Source: Octopus bimaculoides
Taxonomy: Eukaryota
Direction of reading: 5' to 3'
DNA length: 43,600 nucleotides
NCBI RefSeq assembly: GCF_001194135.2
Contig: NC_069003.1
Coordinates: 24,404,115 to 24,447,714, forward strand
Shown: piece after piece, positions 1 through 10,435 of the stretch
Layout of the letters: every line of letters starts with the position of its first letter
Position numbering within the stretch: position 1 is the stretch's first letter
Notes under the pieces: model-generated
What the model was told of the DNA's origin: nothing
Databases searched by the model: none
Seen by the model: only the letters and a program-made list of their open reading frames with translations
Program-made: the position numbers and the translations under genes

Positions 1-288
1 ATATATCTATATCTGGTCTTCGAAACGTCTAGATAGAATAGAGACAGCTGATGAAGGGATATTCCAAGGGGCTTTCCGTTTTCCTATGTGTTCGTTCCGT
101 TGTCTGTAGTTTATTGTTCTAACGTCCTGTACCCTGATATGCATGTATATACACATGTAGATGTAAGTATGTACATATATGTGTGTATACATGTATATAT
201 ATTCTTTGTATTATATATATATATACATACATATATATATATATACATATGTGTGTGTGTGCGCGCGCGCAGATTAGTAAATACTTAC

Positions 289-416
289 CGTTAGTTTAAT
301 CTTTGTTCCCTTCGCAACTTCGATCGTCCACAAACAGTTTGTGTTATTCTGGTATAGGCCGCTTGGAAATTTCAAGTTCCCCGTGTTCTGCTTCAGAAGA
401 TGTCTACAGCGAGAAG
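289..416 (-). CDS. Gene 1 exon: N-terminal half of a CUB domain (SRCRHLLKQNTGNLKFPSGLYQNNTNCLWTIEVAKGTKIKLT)
   Basis: Acceptor ttgttttgcag|, donor ACG|gtaagt, phase 1 to 0. The C...G.L..P..Y.NN..C.W.I.V..G.KI.L pattern is the CUB signature. The rest of the gene lies left of the window. Confidence 0.9.
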
Positions 417-905
417 CTGCAAAACAAACAAACAACAACAATGATAAAGGTACCGAAGGGGGTCTCAGCATGTACACTTGTGTCTATACATATATACTAT
501 ACGCAAATTGGTTTACACCGCTAAACTTAGAGGGTATCTAAGCAATGCACTTGTGGATAATTGATGCGCTCGTGGATTGTTGGATGTGGTGCTGATGAAA
601 GAGCAATAATTCTTGAAATTTGTATATACACCTATTACCTAGTTTTCTCTCTTCGATCGCATTGTTTACAAAGACGTATTCGTTTACGAAACGTCGTAAC
701 TTGCAGCGCTGGCTCTAAATTCTATAGGAAATTTGTAGAGAAAAACTTAAGTGTGTAAATATATATATATGTGTGTGCGTGTTTACGAGTGCGTGCGAGC
801 ACGTGCGCATTTTTGTCTCTGTGTATGTACATACATATATATATATATGGCTTACAATTTCGATATGCATTATGTGCGTGTGTGTAAATATGTATGTGTG
901 TATGT

Positions 906-962
<57 letters not shown>

Positions 963-1065
963 GTAAAGTTGCCCCCTTCTGAGGATATATTACGAAATAT
1001 AACAGTTACAACATTCATATAACAAGTTATAACAAAAGCTAGAAATAGTTCCCTTATTTACTTAC

Positions 1066-1161
1066 GGCAGTTTAATTCGTCAGAGTAATCACTGCAATCA
1101 GCTTGGCCATCACAGATCGTTCGATTGTGAAGACACTCTCCATTATTACACCGGAAATAGC
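1066..1161 (-). CDS. Gene 1 exon: LDL-receptor class A domain ((G)[31 protein letters not shown])
   Basis: Acceptor ttttacttcag|, donor C|gtaagt, phase 1 to 1. Canonical F.C.NG.C.....CDG..DC.D.SDE..C motif; the first Cys comes from the upstream exon (ACLK-G). Confidence 0.93.
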
Positions 1162-2552
1162 CTGAAGTAAAGAGACGCGTATAGCATTAAAACAATTCGT
1201 TGAAATATGCATATGTATCAGCTTATGTAAGTGTGCATATATATAATATTCCCTTGTGTATAAATTGTACCTCACTTTCACATAAAATCAAGTATAAAAT
1301 AGTGCGACACATACAAGAATAGATACGATAAGATACATACATACATACATACATATATACATGCATATATATATATATATATATATATANNNNNNNNNNN
1401 NNNNNNNNNNNNNNNNNNNNNNNNNNNNNNNNNNNNNNNNNNNNNNNNNNNNNNNNNNNNNNNNNNNNNNNNNNNNNNNNNNNNNNNNNNNNNNNNNNNN
1501 NNNNNNNNNNNNNNNNNNNNNNNNNNNNNNNNNNNNNNNNNNNNNNNNNNNNNNNNNNNNNNNNNNNNNNNNNNNNNNNNNNNNNNNNNNNNNNNNNNNN
1601 NNNNNNNNNNNNNNNNNNNNNNNNNNNNNNNNNNNNNNNNNNNNNNNNNNNNNNNNNNNNNNNNNNNNNNNNNNNNNNNNNNNNNNNNNNNNNNNNNNNN
1701 NNNNNNNNNNNNNNNNNNNNNNNNNNNNNNNNNNNNNNNNNNNNNNNNNNNNNNNNNNNNNNNNNNNNNNNNNNNNNNNNNNNNNNNNNNNNNNNNNNNN
1801 NNNNNNNNNNNNNNNNNNNNNNNNNNNNNNNNNNNNNNNNNNNNNNNNNNNNNNNNNNNNNNNNNNNNNNNNNNNNNNNNNNNNNNNNNNNNNNNNNNNN
1901 NNNNNNNNNNNNNNNNNNNNNNNNNNNNNNNNNNNNNNNNNNNNNNNTATATATACACTAGCCTTGATGCTGCTCTTCGGGAGGCCTTCGACCCCCACCA
2001 TCGGGCCGCTTCGCTGCCCTCTATCCTTGTGTATTGAAACTTATTTTTGCAAATGTGCTAAGAATTGATGCTGAGTATAATTTAATCAATAAGCGTAGGA
2101 GCGAGGTGAATGCAGTAAAAATAGCGGTGTCACTGGGACCCCAATTAGGCGGCCTTTAAAAAAAATAGACTTCCTTAGGAGATTCCCTGCGGTTAGGGGA
2201 GTTGCTGGGTTGAGTTTCGTTGTCCTTGCACCAACGGTCTAGGAGGAGTTAACGAACATAAAAACGTAACAGACAGAGAAACATCACTCAAATTTATATT
2301 AAGATATACATACATAAATATATACCTGTATACATATATGTATATATGTGTATGTATGTGTGTATGTATTTGTGTGTATATATTTATATACTTGCGTAAT
2401 ATACCTCAACTGGTAGTAATAATAATAATAATGGTATCAAATTTTGTCACAAGAGCAGCAAGTTTGGACGATTAGATCAACCCCAGTATTTCACTGGTAC
2501 TTAATTTATCGACCCCGAAAGTTGAAAGGCAAAGTCGACCTCAGCGGAATTG

Positions 2553-2600
<48 letters not shown>

Positions 2601-2615
2601 GTTGTATCTACCGAC

Positions 2616-2771
2616 CTTTGAGACATGCTGTTGCCTGACACACAGCGTAAGAAACAGTGTCGCACGTCTTCTGTGGTCTACTGACGAAATCAGAACTAAC
2701 TGCACAGTCTGCGAATCCGTTTGCGCCAGCATGAAGTGCTGCAGGGTTTTGTACTGCAGAGAAGTTATTGG
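2616..2771 (-). CDS. Gene 1 exon: C-terminal part of the C-type lectin-like domain plus first Cys of the LDLa domain (NNFSAVQNPAALHAGANGFADCAVSSDFVSRPQKTCDTVSYAVCQATACLK)
   Basis: Acceptor ttcgtttcag|, donor AAAG|gtcggt, phase 1 to 1, open frame. DCAV...CD....VCQ matches the end of a CTLD, and the junction builds CLKGYFRC. Confidence 0.85.
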
Positions 2772-2824
2772 CTGAAACGAATAATGAAAATGGTTTTGGT
2801 ATTAATGCTATAGATACGTACGTG

Positions 2825-3502
2825 GAGTAAAAACCTACAGAATTGGTCCCTAGAGCAGTAGAAGAATGTTATTTTCTCGGATGAGTCATCTTTGACCTTA
2901 TTTCCAACCCCCGGCCGAGTATACGTGTGGACTCAGCCAAAAGAAGCATTTGACCCAGACTGCCTTCTTCCAACTGCTAAACATGGAGGAAGATCTGTGA
3001 TGATCTGGGAGGCTATATCTTGGAAATCTATGGCTCAATGGTTTCCCTTTATGGCAGAATTAATAGTCAAGACTATTTAAACATGTTATCTGATAAAATT
3101 CATCCTATGCTTGTAGAACTGTTTCCAGAGGGAAACGCAATCTTTCAGGATAATAATGCACCAATTCACACAGCTAAATTTGTTACTGAATGGCACAAGG
3201 AACATTCTAGTGAAGTTGAACATCTTAGCTGGCCACCACAGTCCCCAGATCTCAATATTATCGAACATTTATGGTGCATTTTAGAAAAACAAGTAAGGAG
3301 TCGATACACCATCATCACTACAAGAACTGGAAACTGTTTTAGCTGAAGAATGGACAAAATTCCTTTGGAAACAATTCAAACTTGTATGAGTCCATAGCTC
3401 GTAGAATTCAAGTTGTAATTACTGCCAAAGTTGATCCTAACCCATATTAAAATTAATTTGTTTGAAATTTCAAGGTGTCTCCATTATTTTGTCCGACCCC
3501 TG
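2825..3502 (+). mobile_element. Tc1-like DNA transposon, 3' half (transposase pseudogene plus right TIR)
   Basis: Translates as VIFSDESS, GRVYVW, KHGGRSVMIW, FQDNNAPIH and WPPQSPDLNIIEHLW, with a stop and frameshifts. TIR end ...ttattttgtccgacccctg. Confidence 0.93.
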
Positions 3503-3843
3503 TTATATATATATATATATAATGTTATATTACATCATATTATATTACAAGGACAATCAAAACCAAGGCAGAACGAGCATCTCAAGTCATTTACAATAAT
3601 TTAATTAGGGTAAGGTGAATTTGAAGTCTTACAATCGTTTCTAGGATAACCCAAGCGTTTATTCAAATTCTGAGATGACTTATTTCGTGAAACAATAAGC
3701 TACTCCGATCTTCCCTTGTTTTCTATTTGTTTCCCTCCTATTTCACATTAGTCTTTCTGCCATCTCTTATTAAGGTACTATGCATCTTTTTTTTTTTTTT
3801 TACGAAAGTATATGAATAAATAAATAAATAAAGGTTCATTTAC

Positions 3844-3947
3844 CTGTAACGTTTGACAGCATGTTTGTGAACTTCGCAATTAACGAGATGTCATGTAAAA
3901 AGGAATACTCTACCTCGTTGGTAATGGTTGCCAATCTAGCACCATGT
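3844..3947 (-). CDS. Gene 1 exon: middle of the C-type lectin-like domain (HGARLATITNEVEYSFLHDISLIAKFTNMLSNVT)
   Basis: Acceptor ttttttcaag|, donor ACAG|gtaaat, phase 2 to 1. G..LATI.N..E..FL is the classical CTLD beta1'/alpha2 motif. Confidence 0.9.
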
Positions 3948-4356
3948 CTTGAAAAAATAGAAAGTGTGAAAACACCATCGATTATTTTTATGCTTTACTG
4001 TGTTTATACATACATGCACTCATGCATACATAAACCTGAATAACCAAAATGTGCGTGTGTGCGCGCGCGTGCATTTGTGTGTGTATGTGTGCGTGACTGT
4101 GTGTGTATACACATACATACATATATACATACACACATACACACACACATATATATATATATATACACACACACATGCATGCACACACACACACACATTC
4201 ACACACACAACATAGTAATCCAATATGGAGGGGTATAATGCAGAGGTTTATGCAGCTGAAATCTAAGAGATCTGTTCGATGAAACTTAAATACGGTAAAC
4301 TTAAATATGGACACAACTTACTGCCTAGACGTATAAAACAAAATGCTATCACTTAC

Positions 4357-4438
4357 CCCTTGCAAAAAGTTTCCGCTTCAGACCACGTCATTTCTTTAAA
4401 CGAAAATAGGTAACAGTCTCCGAATTTTGCAGTCCATC
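4357..4438 (-). CDS. Gene 1 exon: start of the C-type lectin-like domain ((G)WTAKFGDCYLFSFKEMTWSEAETFCK)
   Basis: Acceptor tctctatttag|, donor GG|gtaagt, phase 1 to 2. GW......CY.F.....TW.EA...C is the CTLD motif. Confidence 0.92.
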
Positions 4439-4679
4439 CTAAATAGAGAAAGAAATAACAAGTATTAACAATGATAATTATTTCTAATATTGGCACAAAA
4501 CCTTAAATTTAAGGGGAGGGATTTAGTCGCTTACATCGACCCCAGTGCTCAACTAGTAGTTATTTTACCGAATCCGAAAGAATCAAAAGCAAAGCTGACG
4601 TTGTTGGAATTTGAATTCAGAATGTAAAGGCGGACGAAATGCTGCTAAGCCCATAACACTGTTGAACGCAAATTTCAAA

Positions 4680-5630
4680 ATTTTGTCCAAAGTGTTAGCA
4701 AAGAGGCTGGTGCTTGTCGTTGAGAAACTGATGGGTGATGCGTAAACGTACGCATTCCAAGCATATCCATCCGCGAAAATCTCCACCTCATGCGATGCAT
4801 CATAGAAAGGGTGAGTGAAGAACTTGGTATGGAGAAGCCTGATCAATTTGGATCAGCCTAAATCTTTCGATAGGGTCTTCCACCAATGCTTGGCGGCCGT
4901 TCTCAAGGCGGTCGTTTTCGATCCCATTTTCCGTGGTTGGAACGCTGCATTGTACAGCAACATTTGCTCGGTAGTTCGAGAGATGGTTACTTGTCGGAAC
5001 CATTCAACATCATGCGTTCGGTCTGGCAAGGGTATCCCCTCTCATCTCTTCTGTATGTATTGGCTCCTGAGCCATTACTGCGAAAATCGGAGGCATTGAG
5101 GGGCATCCCGCGCCAACTAGGACGTGGGCGAACCGTGTCGGCATATGCAGACGACGTCACCGTCATAGTGTCAAACAGTAAGCACATAGACCTGGTCGGC
5201 GCATCTCTGAAAGAATACGAGGTGGTGACAACAGCGAAAATTAACCAAGAAAACTCAGTGAGCCTGCAGCTCAGCACGTGGGGAGGCAGGTCCATGTCGT
5301 CCAAGCCCTCATCAACTTTTTCAAGTTTCACTTGAAAAGGAAAGTGAGGGCAGAAGGGAGTGCTGCCGCCAGCAATTTTGTTAAAAGGTGGGTGAATGTA
5401 GTGCGAATGCACCTCTAGATCGAGTAGATGAAGTGGGGAGGGCACTTGCCCAAGAGGTCATGATGATCGTGGTTTGTGTGGGTTTTCCACGAGCAGTCCC
5501 TGAAAGTCTCTTTCTTTTGGGGATTTAATTCTTATAATTTCCGTTGTTATTCTGTTTATATACTCTTCAATTCCATTCTAATTGTGTTATGTTGTCCTGT
5601 TTCGTCCACGATCTTTATATAAACTCGCAG
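4680..5630 (+). mobile_element. Tx1/L1-clade LINE fragment: RT core fused to C-terminus and 3' UTR
   Basis: LDQPKSFDRV, RSVWQGYPLSSLLYVL and AYADDVT RT motifs. The 5310-5630 segment is similar to 40985-41370 (shared gtgggttttccacgag). Confidence 0.85.
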
Positions 5631-5873
5631 AGATGAATAAAGAAAAGATTACTACTACTACTACTACTACTACTATTACTACTGCTGCTGCTGCTGCTGC
5701 TGCTACTACTACTACTACTACTACTACTATTGTTATCATTTGTGTTCTTGTTTTGCTTTATACGAGCTGTTCCGAATCTCACCTAGAAATCTCAAGTAAC
5801 CAAGATCAGATATTTCTGGAAATACTGTAATCGATTAAATCGATTCCAGTTAGCTGGTTGTTACTTATTATCC

Positions 5874-6363
5874 TGTGGAGGCGCAATGGCCCAGTGGTTA
5901 GGGCAGTGGACTCGCGGTCATAGATCGCGGTTTCGATTCCCAGACCGGGCGTTGTGAGTGTTTATTGAGCGAAAACATCTGAGGATCCACGAGGATCCGG
6001 CAGGGGATGGTGGCGAACTCTGCTGTACTCTTTCACCACAACTTTCTCTCACTCTTACTTCCTGATTCTGTTGTGCCTGTAATTCAAAGGGTCAGCNNNN
6101 NNNNNNGCGAACTCTGCTGTACTCTTTCACCACAACTTTCTCTCACTCTTACTTCCTGATTATGTTGTGCCTGTAATTCAAAGGGTCAGCCTTGTCACAC
6201 TCTGTGTCACGCTGAATATCCCCGAGAGCTACGTTAAGGGTACACGTGTCTGTGGAGTGCTCAGCCACTTGCACGTTAATTTCACGAGCAGGCTGTTCCG
6301 TTGATCGGATCAACTGGAACCCTCGACGTCGTAAGCGACGGAGTGCCAACAACAACAACAACA
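5874..6363 (+). mobile_element. tRNA-derived SINE family C, (AAC)n tail
   Basis: A box TGGCCCAGTGG, B-box-like GGTTTCGATTCC, TSD ACTTATTAT(C/T)C. Near-identical copy at 39808-40255. Confidence 0.9.
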
Positions 6364-6724
6364 ACTTATTATTCTAACATCGATTGGATGAGAAACATAT
6401 TAGCAGGATTCGAAATAAGAATGTTAATGTATGTAAACCTTGCCATTTTCTTAGTCTATTATTGCCATTTCTTCGAGCAGAGCTTTTATTCATTGATTTA
6501 ATGTCAATTAAAATTAAATTGAATCGTGAATAAATTATTGTTTAAATATTACATTACTGCATCTATAAGTATTCTTGATTATTTTTACAGTCATGTTCAG
6601 TGTTAGAAAACAGAAAAATCATTGCTGATATTACAATGTCAAAATGCCAATCTGAGAGACTTCTAATTTTAGCCCAGTCAAAAATAGAATACCAAATAGA
6701 ACCACGTATAAGACTTACGAATAA

Positions 6725-6733
6725 CTGGAGAGA

Positions 6734-6778
<45 letters not shown>

Positions 6779-7057
6779 NNNNNNNNNNAGGGAGAGAGAG
6801 AGAGGTACAGAGACAGAAGAGAGAGAAAAAGACAAACAGAAGAGAGACAGAAAGACAGTGAGACAAAGAGAGAGAAGAGGAGAGAGACAGACAGACAGAG
6901 ACAGAAAGAAGAGGAGAGAGAGGAAGAGAGATAAGGGAGACAGGCAGGCAAACAGAGAGAAACGGAAAAGAGAGAAAGACAGACAGACAGATAGAGACAA
7001 AGACAGAGAAAAGAAGGGAAGAGAGGGAGAGAGAAAGTCAGAGACAAAGAAGAGAAG

Positions 7058-7090
<33 letters not shown>

Positions 7091-7200
7091 NNNNNNNNNN
7101 NNNNNNNNNNNNNNNNNNNNNNNNNNNNNNNNNNNNNNNNNNNNNNNNNNNNNNNNNNNGAGAGAGAGAGAGAGAGAGAGAGAGTGAGTGAGTGAGTGAG

Positions 7201-7230
<30 letters not shown>
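6725..7230. repeat. (GA)n and GA-rich cryptic repeat block
   Basis: Direct reading; two internal gaps. Confidence 0.95.
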
Positions 7231-7234
<4 letters not shown>

Positions 7235-7684
7235 CGTGTAGTATAAGCCTGCAGCAGGTCTCTCACTAATTTTCATAGAAACGGTTTTTGTTCATGACAT
7301 GGCTGTGAGGTTGAGAAACTCATTTTGTAGCCTCGTGCTTCCGAGTTCAATCGCACTGCACGGTACCTTAGGCAAGTGTCATTTACTACAGCATTAAGGT
7401 GCCCAGTGCCTTGCGAGTGAATTTGGCAGGCGAAAACTGCACACACACACACACACACACACACAACTCTTAAACTTGTTTCAGCTTTAAAAAGTGACTG
7501 AAATAAGAGATGAGACCGAGAGAGGAGAAAGAGAGAAAAGTTGTTATAGGAGGGGACATTAGTAGAAGAGTTGGAGAGATAGACTAAGAGAGAAAGAGAG
7601 GGAGAGATAGCGAGAGCAAGGAGGAGGTAATAACAGAAAAAAGCAAGATAGTCGTAATTATGGAAAGAAGATTAACGAACATAC

Positions 7685-7748
7685 CTTTTGGACACTCAAA
7701 TGTCAGCTGTCCAATAGTTTCTGTGGTGGAAGCATCGCTGCTTGTGAT
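7685..7748 (-). CDS. Gene 1 exon: linker plus first CTLD cysteine (ITSSDASTTETIGQLTFECPK)
   Basis: Acceptor tgtcattaatag|, donor AAAG|gtatgt, phase 0 to 1. Splicing creates ECPKGW, the usual start of a long-form CTLD. Confidence 0.78.
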
Positions 7749-8606
7749 CTATTAATGACAAAAAGTACTTATAAATAACTAAATGAACGCACTTAAATAT
7801 ATTTTCAGGTACATACATATATAATATTAAAAAGTTCTTCTCCAAGTTGCGAAATATAATGAGAAAAAGAAAACAACAAAAGGAAACGCACAATTTCTTC
7901 TGAATTGTAATGGATGGAATTATTCTAAAATACCTTAATACATACTGCTTTCACTTCAAATAGAAGATAATCATGAGTAATGACTGGTTATTAGCCTTTG
8001 AGTAAAATACGTATAGTATATTCTATACATTGTATATTTTAACAGTAACAATCAGACTTACATATGTACATTATAATGATTATGTTCATTAGAAGTGAAA
8101 CCGGTAGGTGATAGTGTATTTTAGAATAACTTGATTTATTACGATTCAAAATTGTGTGTTTTCTTATTATGTGTGAGAATTTCATTTAGTAAAGGTTTTA
8201 TAACGTCGGAACTCCGAGTTTTCCAGACGGTTATACTACTCATCTTCAAAAAGGGCTGTAGAAGACGGTGGAGTATTGGTTCGGTTGGGAATAAATGGTT
8301 AAGCACAATTACATTTGGTCATATTCTAGCATGGTGACTAACCATTGGCTGAAATTAATAGAAAGGGATTTATAAATATGTTCCCCTTTCTTTAGCTTGC
8401 AAACGTAAATGTGCGTGTGTATTTGTATGTGTATGTATATGTGTGTGCTTGTGTGATTTTGTGTGTGTAACTAAATATATATTTGCGGGTGTACCTTTTG
8501 ACTGTGCTACATTTCCTAAAGGACTTCAAACCGAATATCTATAAAACCATATATTTTATTTACCAGTTCATAATCACCGTTACTAAATTTTTTTATCCAT
8601 CTATAG

Positions 8607-8860
8607 CAGTGTTTCTCAGCCATTTTTTACATATGGATCCCCTTGATTTCTGCTTCCCTCGGATGGACCGTCATAACCATTTGTTGTTTAAAAAGTCCTG
8701 TTATATTTTTATAATTAAATATTATTAGGAATTGTATAAAAGACATTGCTAAGATATTTGTGTATTGCAGAATTATAACCAAATTATTGCGCATAAATTT
8801 TAATGACAAAATCTTATATGGACCCCCAAGGGTCACGTGGACCCTGGTCGAGAACCACTG
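8607..8860. mobile_element. hAT (Charlie-like) MITE
   Basis: TIRs CAGTGTTTCTC and GAGAACCACTG; 8-bp TSD ATCTATAG/ATCTATAA. Confidence 0.85.
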
Positions 8861-8940
8861 ATCTATAATGTACAGATTATCTTTCTTGCGTTTTAAACGT
8901 TGTACAATTTCGGCGATGTCTGTACATAGACATCTAAACG

Positions 8941-9277
8941 CTTAAGGCAAAATCGACCTCGGTGGAATTTGAACTCAGAACGTAAAGACAGAAGAAATAC
9001 CGCTAAGCATTTTGCCCGGTGTGCTAACGTTTCTTATTTCTTTATTGCCCACAAGGGGCTAAACATAGAGGGGACAAACAAGCACAGACAAAGGGGTTAA
9101 GTCGATTACATCGACCCCAGTGCGTAAGTGGTTCTTAATTTATCGACCCTGAAAGGATGAAAAGCAAAGTCGACCTCGGTGGAATTTGAATTCAGGACAT
9201 AAAGACAGACGAAATACCGCTAAGACGAAATACCGCTAAACCCGGCGTGCTAACGTTTCTGACAGCTCGCCGCCTTC
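8941..9277 (-). mobile_element. Two stacked family A SINE copies
   Basis: Two repeats of aaagtcgacctcggtggaatttgaa...gaaataccgctaagc. Confidence 0.8.
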
Positions 9278-10380
9278 ATCCCGAGAAATAATAAAAGATT
9301 GAATGCATGCGCACGCGCACGTAGTATGTGTGTGTTCAAGTAAAGGCTGGAAATAAATTCAATATGGAAACTAAACTAGCGGCAGTAAGAAAAAAGAAAT
9401 GGGAATAGGCGAAAAGAAAATCAGTGAACCAACAGAGGAAACNNNNNNNNNNNNNNNNNNNNNNNNNNNNNNNNNNNNNNNNNNNNNNNNNNNNNNNNNN
9501 NNNNNNNNNNNNNNNNNNNNNNNNNNNNNNNNNNNNNNNNNNNNNNNNNNNNNNNNNNNNNNNNNNNNNNNNNNNNNNNNNNNNNNNNNNNNNNNNNNNN
9601 NNNNNNNNNNNNNNNNNNNNNNNNNNNNNNNNNNNNNNNNNNNNNNNNNNNNNNNNNNNNNNNNNNNNNNNNNNNNNNNNNNNNNNNNNNNNNNNNNNNN
9701 NNNNNNNNNNNNNNNNNNNNNNNNNNNNNNNNNNNNNNNNNNNNNNNNNNNNNNNNNNNNNNNNNNNNNNNNNNNNNNNNNNNNNNNNNNNNNNNNNNNN
9801 NNNNNNNNNNNNNNNNNNNNNNNNNNNNNNNNNNNNNNNNNNNNNNNNNNNNNNNNNNNNNNNNNNNNNNNNNNNNNNNNNNNNNNNNNNNNNNNNNTAT
9901 ATATATATATATATATACGCATGTATGTATATGTATATATATGTATGTAAGTATTTATATATTTGTGTATATGTATATATACGCGCACACATTTTTATTA
10001 TACATATATGTAATATATTTTAATGTATACACGCTTAGAAAAAGTCTTCCCATAAAGAGCTCAAAGGATACAAAGCTTAGGTTTATTTTTTTCCCACTGT
10101 TTAAATGAAATAACGAAACTTTCCCATCTGTTGTTGACAACTGAATTGCAAAACAGAGACATACGCGAAACAAACATCCATCTAGTCATACTGTTATACA
10201 TTCACACACATATACACATGCTCACACGCACACAAGCACAAAAAGTACACACCCAAACACCCATACACATAAATGTACGTCAGTACTCATATATGTGTGT
10301 GTGTGTGTGTGTGTGTGCGTGCGTGTGCGTGCGTGTGTGTGTATATGTATGTATGTATGTATAAAATACACACATATACA

Positions 10381-10435
<55 letters not shown>

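Noticed and set aside
19-130. Hammerhead-like words at the window start (GAAACGTC 22-29, CTGATGA 48-54, TAACGTC-CTGT 120-130)
   Set aside because: Stem II cannot be formed and the downstream GAAA is absent, so no intact ribozyme can be drawn. It may be a decayed Penelope-related repeat truncated by the window edge.
1278-2068. Long ORFs spanning N-runs (also near 9.4, 10.4, 12.2, 17, 18.8, 21.5, 25.1, 28, 37 and 38.7 kb)
   Set aside because: Their length comes from X residues and flanking (TA)n or (CA)n repeats.
5874-5945. tRNA-like sequences here and at 26419, 31914, 39808, 41371 and 42133
   Set aside because: They have A and B boxes but no complete acceptor stem and continue into repeat bodies, so they are SINE heads, not tRNA genes.
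6010-6190. Apparent tandem duplication inside the family C SINE; the same pattern occurs at 39913-40040
   Set aside because: Both duplications straddle a 10-N gap, typical of unmerged overlapping contig ends, so they are probably assembly artefacts.
10030-10140. Minus-strand GKKINLSFVSFEL resembling a CUB beta-strand
   Set aside because: No other CUB residues or cysteines, no convincing donor, and no phase fit with neighbouring exons.
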